A stretch of 64,000 bases of DNA from NCBI GenBank assembly GCA_002633005.1, contig NMRA01000101.1, positions 883,151-947,150 on the forward strand, written 5' to 3'. This stretch comes from Phoronis australis (Eukaryota; Animalia; Phoronida). The translations under genes and the position numbers were made by a program. Positions 41,880-64,000 of this stretch are shown here, one piece after another. Positions within the stretch are counted from its first letter, which is position 1, and every line of letters starts with the position of its first letter. The notes beneath the pieces are model-generated. The model saw only the letters and a list, made by a program, of their open reading frames with translations. It was not told the origin of the DNA and did not search any database.

Positions 41880-43778
41880 ACAGCAAGAGCGTAGGGAAAT
41901 GTTGAGTTTATTAATTAACCCTGGTAATTAAAATTATACGGCTGAAACAAGATTTAAATGTGTGCAGTTTTAGTGTTTGGGGGTGGGCTCAGATCCAATT
42001 TCAAGTGTCAAATTCGGAACACGGCGCAATCGTAACGAAACTATGGCTAAGTATAGGCTCTCCCGCAATATCTCGGGCGACCGGCAGTGGCGCTGGGCAC
42101 TACGACTCCGTTTCCATCATCTGCTCCACTGTGCAGTGAAGAAAATTACTTCGTTTTTTAAAGAAAATGGAATCCTTGTGATGATGAAAAAACAAGCTGC
42201 TGGTAAGATGTCAATTTTAATCGAAGTCTTAGTGAATCACTCAGAAACTCATAATTCTCTCTTTGTCAAATCTTAACCAAAGCAATCGCGTCATTATTGC
42301 CAACACAAAAACGGATTTGGTCTTTTGGGCAATTGAAGACTATTTTAAATACAACAAATTTGTTACGAACTGATTGCACAAAATATAAAATATGTAATAT
42401 GCATTACAAAAAGGTTTCGCACGCAAACGCTGTGGACCATTAACAAGTAGGTCTCTTAATATCAAATTAGGAGTTAAATCGTGGTGGTGCAATGGTAAAG
42501 CACGCGCACTCTATCCGCCAGGTCGTGAGTCCGTGACGCTTGCAGTTTTTCCTGTTCGACACTTTCTCCTTTTTTTGCCTTTTTTTCTTGGATGACACTT
42601 CAGGAATCAAGGCAAATGCTTGATTTTAGAGGAAAAACAGAAAAATTTCCTGGGCAAACCCCTCCTCCCGACCTCCCCCCATTCGGTGCTATGTGCGTCT
42701 ACAATCGTGCTTTGAGCAAATGTTTACAGACAAAATGTTGGCCCCCCCACCTTGTGATATCCTAGATCCGCCACTGCAATAACACAAATGATATGTGAAT
42801 TGACTGTCTGGAGGCACTAGTGACTGCTAAGGGGATCTGGGTAAATGTAGTATTCATGTTCTGCAGTAGTGAGCATACTGCAGTCAAGCTCTCAACACTT
42901 GTTTTGAAGTTATTACCTAATTGTTGACCTAAATATTTGCAATGAAATTTCACCAGAAACACAGAGCTTAGTAGTCTCTGCCCCAATTACGGATGCCATT
43001 GATAGCTCTTGGTTGTTCCCTCATGCTCATCTTAAATGAGGGTGAGAACTCCAACTTCATTGGTCATAAGTTACCAAAACTGTTATCAACAAGCAAATTT
43101 TTGCTGTTTCAGCATCCATGATTTAAATCGGATGCAATAATTTAAACCAAAAAACAATTTGCACATCTGTATAATAATTTTATTCCCATGCAAATACCAC
43201 ACATTCTAGTTGTTGTACTATGTCTAGTTGTGGTGGTGCTAGGACTGCACTGAGCAGACCAAACATTTTGACAAAGCCAACTCACCATGGCTTGAGAAGT
43301 TATCACAAGAAGCTTGCGAGCATTGCAATTGGATAACGCTCCATCTTTTTTTTAGTACAATTAGGTGTTGCACTCAATACGTATCGGTACAAACAGCAGG
43401 TGACTACTGGTGAGGGGGTTGTTAAGAGAAATAAATATGCTCTGTGTCACTTGGTGTTTGTTCAGTGTTTGCAGTTTTCCTCTTGCTTCATCATGTAGGC
43501 CTGGCGACATCCCGCAGTCGCAAAAAATACAAGGTTTCGTAAGATATTGCCAAGTGATACCAGCAAAGCATGTAAATCACACTGGCTTTCTTCATGAGAT
43601 TCTTGTGTCTATGGACCTGAGCACTGACTTCATACAGCAGGATCTGTTGTGCTTTGTACTTCAGATGTGTATCTTTGCATGACCTTCACAATGTACAAGG
43701 TCAAGTAAAACAACATAGATTGGCAAACACAAATGTGCTTCATGTATATTTTCAATAATCTTGTGATTAACAGTCATA

Positions 43779-44298
43779 AAGGTTATGTAGGACCCAACAA
43801 AATGACCAAATTTGGAGAAGTTCACATCCTATCTCCGAAATGGCTGGTAGCATTCTTTTGAAACTTGGATGTCACACTTTATACACTGTTCATCAAAATT
43901 AAGAGTTGTTTTCAAAATGTTTCACAATTTGGAATGAGAAGCTAAGAAAAACGGGACTCTTATTGTTTTGATGAGCAAAAAATAGAATTTGCATATTTAA
44001 CATAACAATTTTTTTAGAAAAACTAAAGTTTTTGAGATTTCATTTTGCATGTGAATATCAAGTGAAATTTGGTCATGTTGATACCGTTATTTTTTGTTAT
44101 GAGTGTACCTTTCTTTATTGCTAAATTTTACTAAATGTAGTTAGTCGTGTGACCCAATTAATAGCAGACTGTTTTTAAGTCAAATTCTGAGGCTTTTTAC
44201 TTCCAGAAATATGTAGTTTTACTGGGTTGAAATTGATACTTTTGAACATAATTGGCTAACTACAGGAGAGACTTGTCCATTAAGTCCTACATAACCTT
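43779..44298. mobile_element. MITE with TTAA-type ends (Kolobok/piggyBac-like target)
   Basis: TIR AAGGTTATGTAGGAC / GTCCTACATAACCTT followed by AA; left flank degenerate (ATAA). The right end plus flank is re-duplicated at ~44380-44450. Confidence 0.7.
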
Positions 44299-45905
44299 AA
44301 ATTAAGTAAAAAAGTTGCCACAAGATTGCAGTTAAAATAGGTTAAAATCAATACTTTTGTACATAATTATTATATTATTTGGCTGACTACAAAGGCTTGT
44401 CTATAAGGTTCTACATAACCTTAAATTAAGTAAAAAAGTTGTCACAAAATTAAAGCAGTGCATGTACTTTAAATATCTAAAATAAGTAGCACAATTATTT
44501 GAGAACTTTTGTCAGTTAATAACTGAAAGTGTCATCCTACTAAACTTGTACACCTGTACATCTCATGTTTCTAGCCACAAGGAGGCCAAAATCACAATGC
44601 CAAGTATATAGTTCCCTCGGAAAATGGAAAAATCTGAATAGTAAAATAAATATTGAATTATCTACAATTTTCTACGTGCGTTCCATTAAACTCTAAAGAA
44701 GTAGGAGAATACAAAATATAAATGCATGTAAAGTTTTGTGGCACAGGACAATGTTAATTAGTTAAAATATCAAAAGGTGGCAGCACAATAATGCATGTAG
44801 TCAGCATGGCTAATAAAGTCTTTGCCAACATCAACCATCAAATTCACATAACCATGGACACTGGTTTTAGATAGAAATCGTTACTGTATACAGTTTACAA
44901 ATTACCATACAAATAACATATATTATACAAATATTAAATAATGCACACTTGCATGAAAACATTTTCTGACAACTAGAGCCCTCCACACCATGTTTTTAAA
45001 GCTTCCAAACAACAAAAATAGCATTTACACACATTTCTGTAACATTTGTCTGGTTCATCATCAACAGAAATTAATGTTACAGTGGTCACTAATTTGAAAA
45101 TAAGCAAAAATCTGAAAAAAGGCAATAGAAACCATTTCCATGGTGACTTTTTTGTGGATTTTCAAGGCCTGTGTTATTCAGTGTTCTTCACCCAACACCA
45201 GATCATGGTGTTGACAGGACACATCTCCATGCTGGACATCAGATCATATCTACCACAACCTGCCAACACCACATATTAAACTACAACTTATGAATACTCT
45301 GCTATAATAGTGACTAGATACGTTTAGTTTGCCCAAACACATGTCAACATTACCAGGACCAACACAACTATGACAGATGTAAAGTATAAACCCCATTTTG
45401 GTTAATACGAATTATTCAGTCTGATGATAAACAGTATAATTCACAGCATCATTCATGGAAACCATGATCATTCATCAAGAATGCTTAGTTATAAATCACA
45501 AATCAAGATTAATGATAAACCTTGCAAGAAAATTTATTTCGATCACCAAAATGAATTCTTATCAACCATTTACATCATATCACACCACTCATATGAATTC
45601 ATAGAAATGATTGATATGAATTCATATTTAAAAATAAGTGACAAACTATGATCAACCAAAATTTGCTGTATATACCAACACAGCAGACGGACATGAATGA
45701 CTGAAGAGCTGACCCTCAACAGATATGAATGACTAAAACAGCTGACCCTCAACAAAATGGAACGTGCAACAAGTTTTGATCCATGAAGTAAACTCATTCT
45801 GAACTAGTTACCAGTTACAATAAAGAACATGGAAACCATAATTTGCAAAAGCAATTGCCAGTGACGGGACACAGTGACTAGAGTTGAACTGAGACCAAGT
45901 GATCT

Positions 45906-57526
<11,621 letters not shown>

Positions 57527-58398
57527 CTGTTAAATGAAGTAAAAGAGTGTTAGGCAGGTCACAGGCAAAGATGTGGTTATCCAGCAGGGATACAATACTG
57601 AGAATAAACCAGTCAGTCTCTCAATGGTTTCATCAGGTAGAGATACAATACTGAGAAAAATTCCGTGACACTCTCTCAATAGTTCCATCAACAAAAGCAC
57701 AACAGTACATTTCCCATTGATGCTACACAGTACCACTGTATAACTTGCACTCAATAAAAAAAAGGATTAAACCACTAAGAGACAAAATTTTCAGGTCATT
57801 TTGAATTGAGGTAGGTTGATTGAAATGCATAAGAGACATGAAAGAGCGAACTGTTTGAATGTCACAGAATTCAATCTCAGAACTGTTTGTTGATCAAGCA
57901 GTTAATTTTAGGGTAAACCTGGTTAAACAATTAACAGTAAGTAACGCATCAGATGCCAAGAGCATTGTAGTGATCAGGTATTTGTAAATAAGTAAATATG
58001 AGCAACTGAAACAAAATTGTTACTAAGCCATCAAGTGCATGCAAGACTTCAAGTTGATTAAACAAGACATGTTCACCAAGACAACACACACATGAACTGC
58101 ACGCAAATTAACTATAATTCACCCAGATTTAATCTATGGTTTTACAAACAATGAAGCACCATTGCCAGCAATCAACACCACAAAACCTAGCAGAGAGAAT
58201 CTTCAAAAATAGTGCTTGTTGAAAAGGCCAAAACCTTCCAAAGTCATCCAATCCTCAGCAAACGGCTTTACACTGCCCGGTATCTGGCAAACAAATGAAG
58301 CTACAGCAAGCTTGTGATGAAACTAACAAAATACGTTAAAAATATTTCTTAAAACCACCAGACAAAGAAAGGGTAGAAGGAATAAATGACAAGGAGAA

Positions 58399-59222
58399 CC
58401 CGGGGGGGGGGGGTACTCCACTATATTTTTGAATGGGTGTCTAAATTGAAAACACTTGTCAACAAACCTAATTCCTAATTTTACACAGTTTTTGGCTAAT
58501 TGTTATCGTATTTCCTTAGGAAAATGCTCCTAACACAAATTTTCACAAGAAATTCAAGCCAAACAGTTAAAAAATCACCACTTTAAGTCCACAGTATTGC
58601 AATTTATTTCAACCAATGTTTCATTGCAGTAAAGTCATCATTTACATGGTAATTGGTTTGCTCTACAAAAAACTTAGAGATCAGTGTTCTTGATATCGAT
58701 TTCCGATGGCAGGCTGATTCTTTTACAAAGCTATCGAGCCAAGCTTCTAAATCCAATTCAGAGATTGGAATAAAAAACTGACCCCTTTGTAAAGAGATTC
58801 CATGAAAAAATCACCCAATCATGCGGATTCTCTGATAGATATCTTTTAGGATACTTTGGTTACAGATTCAAATTTGCACCTTTCCAGCATTTTCAAAAGT
58901 GATGTCTTTTAATCCATAAAGTGTGGAACGGTACAAGGAGAAACGCCATGCTGTTACTGAACTTTCGCAACTAAGGTTTAAGAACAGGGATAATATCTAA
59001 AACATTTTTAGATTTTTGTACTTGGAAAAAGTATCCTATTGAAGAGTTCTGAACTCTCAGTTGAAAGTAAACCCTTCAGTGCATTTGAGTCGGAAAATGC
59101 AACTTTTTGTTGAGAATCTTCAGTAGTCAGAAAAAGCAACACTTCATATGGAAACTGGTCATGAAAAAGCTACCTGTTTGTGTGGCACATCCACCATACC
59201 CCTTTTATAGGAGTACCCCCCA
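58399..59222. mobile_element. Non-autonomous DNA transposon with G/C-run TIRs
   Basis: CCCGGGGGGGGGGGGTACTCC ... GGAGTACCCCCC inverted termini; TSD not resolved. Confidence 0.55.
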
Positions 59223-62200
59223 GAAGAGAGATGCTCTTAATTATGTGTCTCATGCAACATAGCCCACTGCCCCATAATCATAGAATAACGATAACAGAAA
59301 TCATAAAAATAACAATGAAAGGCTTTATGGTCAAATCGCATTTACTTCCTAAAAATCCGCATGTAGTGAAAAATATCTAATAGTGCAAGGACACCTAAAC
59401 CATCACCCATATACAGGTACTGTAACAATACTCAAGGTCAAACAAATACAGTGGAGTGTCTGGCAACTTGAAACAAGCTTTAGATGGAATGACCTTTAAC
59501 CATTTACATAATTATACAGAGCTATCTCTTTTTGTTTCAAGGCAACTGTTGTCTTCGTCAGACATGGAAGAGATGGAACTATCTACAAGTCATAGAAAAG
59601 TCTGTTAAACTGGTCTTAGCTTGCTTCTTACTCAGAGTAGAAATGATTTATGGCTTTAGGAAGAACTGATAGCTTGTTATTGCTTGGCAACCGGGTTGGC
59701 AGCCATTTTATGCAAGAAATATGGCTTCCGGTAATAACGAAATGTCAACATTCCAAGCATAGAAATCACTTCTGACCATACCTGGCTACGCAACTTAAAA
59801 CCCATAGGGGGTAATAAAACAATTACCATCTCAGACAGGACCCTAAACCCTTTGTTAAGTTGTGTTTACTTAGACAGGCCAACTGGGACAGTTGCATTAC
59901 TGCCTCTAAAGCTTTGTATTACTGAAAAAGTAGGCGTATGAACCTATCAAGACCCAATGAGATAGTTTTATTATATATAGCTCATTGTACAGGCCAAGGT
60001 CATGTTGGTACCGTATTGTGATAACCTTGCTGAGCTATAACTCCGAAGTTGATGTGAAGACTCAGCTTCTTGGTAAACCAAAATTAACATTGAAGCTTCC
60101 ATGGTAGTGAAATTAACAGTATAGGAAAGGGCCTTAAGATCAGGCTTCACAAATAATATTCTTTCACTGACCTTGCATGGAAATTTTAAAAGGCCTATTG
60201 TGTGCAAACGACACTCAGAATTTATAACTATCTGCAAAATTCTAAGTCACTAGGCAGACTAGTTATACCCTCCAAACCCAAAATACTATGAAACACTGGC
60301 TCAATGGTATTATCAAACACTTCACACCCTTATAGAAGACAGACAATTATCAAACATTTCACCCCCTTAAAGAAGACAAACGTAATAATCCTACATGATA
60401 AACTAAAAAGTACATTTCACTGGTACCCTTGCCAAATTTAGGTTCCGTCTACGATTAAGGATATTAACTACCTATACTCAAAGGCTGGCCACTTCAGTCA
60501 AATGAACTTGGTTAATTGGTCAAATGAATGTTCCAGTTGTACACCAAACCTTCACCAAAGTGCTTCAGTCACGCCTCTTGCATGGCAGATGCTTTGACAG
60601 TTGAGTTTGTGCGCAATATTATTCACAATTACATTTAGGTAAACATATGCATCAGATTTGATCACATCCAAAAAACAATGTCATACAGTTCCAACACATA
60701 TCAAATTTGTGACAGCACATCAACATCACAGACGAATAAAGTCGGTTGAGACCACAAATCAGCCGTTATCAAGACATGGATTTTATGAGCAACATCGTAA
60801 CCAAAATACAACTCAATATATCAACATCCTGTTTACATGGACTAGATAGTAGCAATAGCACAATACTCATGTCTAGACTAAAAGTCATGCACGTGAAACA
60901 ACAACCAACAGGTGTCAGCAGTAGACGGCATTCAGACCAACATGTGACAACTAGACAAACTGGACCACATGTAGTGTATAAGACTATGTGTCAGACACAC
61001 AGTGGCTTATAACACCTGACAATGACACATCAAGGACAGTGATCCCAATAATGTAAATATACACTGCATTAATGTGCATGTTTCAACAATTCCCAATAGT
61101 GCAATAAGTCTTCTTTAAAGAAACCAGAACACGTACAAATCGGGTCTGAAGTTTTCTCTAAAAGCTGAATTATTGCATTAAAGCGATAAAGTCATCGATC
61201 AAGAGTATTGAAAAAAGTGCCTGTTCAGCTTCAGGCTGAATTATTTCAAGGAAACATTTGTCTTGCATAGAAGTGCATTCATCTCTTAATCCCCAGCTGA
61301 CTCGGATATATTGATCATTTTTGTCATAGTCAATCGCTTTCTAATATGCCGGTGATTTTTGCAGTATACATGCATAGTTAAAAACTGGTGAATCACTGTG
61401 CTAAGCTCAAGACATCTGAGTCACTATTGGCTTTAAGTACTTGTATTTTTAAAGACTTATTTCAATTGGAAATCACTGATTATAAATACAAACAAGTGAG
61501 TACTGCAGTACATTAACATAACATGAGCATATGGTGCTGACATCTAGTGTTCAGTGCTATTTCAGCCATGACAGACAAATCAGTGAATGTGACTAAAATA
61601 GTGCAGTTAGTTTGATCAAATGAAATACAAAAGTAGACAACAAGATTACCTCTCGTCCCCTGGAGTCAAATAATAAAGTAGAGATTTTGAAAACCCACCG
61701 CCACCAACAGAACAAATTCCCCTCGACAACCAGTTAAAGCAGTATGGGTAAATCATACTTAAAGCCGCAAGCAACAAGTGCTATCTCAGCTTACAAAACA
61801 GTAACAGATATGGACATTAAATCAAGTTTACACGACTACCATAAGGTGCCGAGTGGAGTTCAATGACTATAAAAATCTGCATCAGATTCTAGATCCACCA
61901 CCACCACAAATTCAGTTTACAACAGATTAAATTTAGAGACTTTGGCCATGGACTAATTGTAGCATGTGACACTAAAAATACTGTAATGAAACTCAAAACA
62001 ATATTTTTAACTTAAGGCAATTGTTAACCATTTTTTTCATAGTCCATTAAATAACGTAAATACCCGATAGATATTTTTTACTGTCTGTTATAATCCATAA
62101 AAGTAAATATTTTCAGTCATCACTTGTTGCTGGGCCTAGCTAGGTGACCACTATGTTCTCTCTTCTCCTGATGATGGAGTTTAAATAAACGACACTGAAA

Positions 62201-64000
62201 CATGTCAAGCTGTTTTAAAACCGCCGTTGTTTTTATTAATATTTTTTGAATCCTTGATGACCAAAAATAAGTTGTGCCTTAAACCACAGCACAATTGTTG
62301 ATGATGTGACTGACATTTTTTTGTGAAAAGTGTTACTTTTGCTGAACAACAACTTGTACAAAAAAAGGCAGCCATAGAAGATGAACCACGACTGCACTGC
62401 GAATTGATTATATTTTGGGGGGAGGGGGCGTTTAATGATTTCATAAACTAACTTGACTTATTATGTCCACTATGATATCTATGTTGAAACCGATTAGTTA
62501 TGGTGCATTGGTGCACCCCAGTTGTAATACCCTCTGTCAAGGTCCACCAGTCTACAGACCGAGTCATTTGACAATAATCAAAACAGAAAGCAATGTCTGG
62601 TCAAACACTAGAATGACCGACAGGGGTGTGGTAGCAGTTGAAGTTGTCCAAAAACCATAACGTATCTCTCAGTAAAGTTGCAACAAAACCTGACAAGCTG
62701 TTTTGTCAATACTTGAGAGAAAGGGAAAATCTAGCCAAAAACTAAATTTAAAAATGGCCAATAGAGACTGCTGCAGACTGTATCAAGTTTTATTAAAATA
62801 TGCCGAGCTGTTGGTGGACAAGCTTGTTAAAAACTAAAATAGCCAACAGGTGTTGATATGGTAGCCAAATTTGTCCAAAAATCTAATGGTGCCACAGCAT
62901 ACCAGCCATAAAAGGCGTTTAGCAAAAATGTGATGGACAACAGCCAACAGGGGTTGACATAGACACATAGTGAAAATGCAACAAATAGGCATTCAGACAG
63001 ACAATGTGATGATTCCTCGACTTCTCATTCAATTGGTTAGACATGTTTTACAATGCCCTTGCACTTGTTTGTGCTTGTGCCATACCTGGAAATTTTGCTA
63101 TTCCAAATAGTCACACTGGTTTTTATGAGATGTTTGCTACCTGATATCAATACTTTTCAAGAGATGCACCTCACAAGTCAAATAAAACATTTAGTACAGA
63201 TAAGCCATCTTATTGTATGAAGGGGTTGATGTACAACTCACACTTCTCTAAAATATACGACGACTTCTCAGAGTTGAAAACAAAAATGGCCAGGAGTTAT
63301 GAGATCTCCAATAATGATCTGTTGATGGCTTGAAAAGGTGTGGCTTGTGAGAAGAAATCAATAAGCCAAGTGTATTATGTATAAAGACTCACCCATGTAA
63401 AATCTCTAGTCAATTTCAGGAACCAGTGAGAACAGTGAACAACTAAAAATTTTTTGATAAAAAATCTGTAATTAGTGAAGTTACAAATTGTCCTGATAGA
63501 ATGAGTGTCTGACCCTGACCAAGCAATACCTGTGTGCCTGGGGTTGCAAAGCCCTTTTGAGAAAATCCAGGAGGGTCAACAATTACCTTGAAAAACCAGA
63601 TTACCTCCAAAAATGCATAATATTACTGTTTAGGAGTGCATTAAAAGTTTAGCTGACATTTTCTGCATAGCAAGAAAAAATTATAGGAGTACTCAAAAGA
63701 CTTTCTGTAGAATATTATAATGAAACAATTTTGACTTTTAACCAGTTAATCAAATAATCTGCATATGCAAATTATCTGCATTTTTTACACGTATGACAAA
63801 CACCTCATATTCACATTGCAGTTATTGAGCTATGGTTGCATATTTAAATAATCAATGAACTCCACAAGGTCCAAAGCGTTTTCAGCACAGTATGAGACAG
63901 TTATGATTAAATAACATGACAGAATCAAACCAAACCCGTACTCGCCTGGGATATTATCCATTTTCAGCACACCAAGATTTCATAATTTTCACTTCTAAAT

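Noticed and set aside
42481-42545. tRNA-like sequence (TGGTGCAATGG A-box)
   Set aside because: B-box and acceptor stem are degenerate; at best a decayed SINE head, not a tRNA gene.
61650-61659. Possible microexon CAG|GGGACGAGAG|GTAAT on the minus strand
   Set aside because: 10 nt is not frame-preserving and there is no homology support.
57527-64000. Search for rabphilin N-terminal Rab-binding/zinc-finger exons
   Set aside because: No convincing coding exon found; the region is treated as intron.

Overview
AT-rich, intron-rich animal genomic DNA, probably from a marine invertebrate bilaterian (species not determinable from sequence alone). Four spliced protein-coding genes can be read with GT-AG junctions and consistent phases. 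(1) The first coding exon of UNC119 (minus strand; the rest lies left of the window). (2) A complete 14-exon PHF12/Pf1 gene (minus, 884 aa, two PHD fingers plus a C-terminal FHA-like domain). (3) A complete 5-exon LRRC47 gene (plus, 553 aa), head-to-head with PHF12. (4) The 3' part of a rabphilin/DOC2-family tandem-C2 gene (minus; 5' part lies right of the window). Introns and intergenic DNA hold many non-autonomous mobile elements: a solo LTR with a 4-bp TSD, hAT-like MITEs with 6-bp TSDs, a fold-back element, a Harbinger-like MITE, TTAA-type MITEs, Helentron/HINE-like elements and a LINE 3' end. The two most notable patterns are (a) four independent tandem duplications straddling exon-intron junctions, creating arrays of spare splice sites, some in frame, and (b) a HINE-like family whose internal repeats carry CTCF-consensus motifs. 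All coordinates were read by eye; no searches were run.
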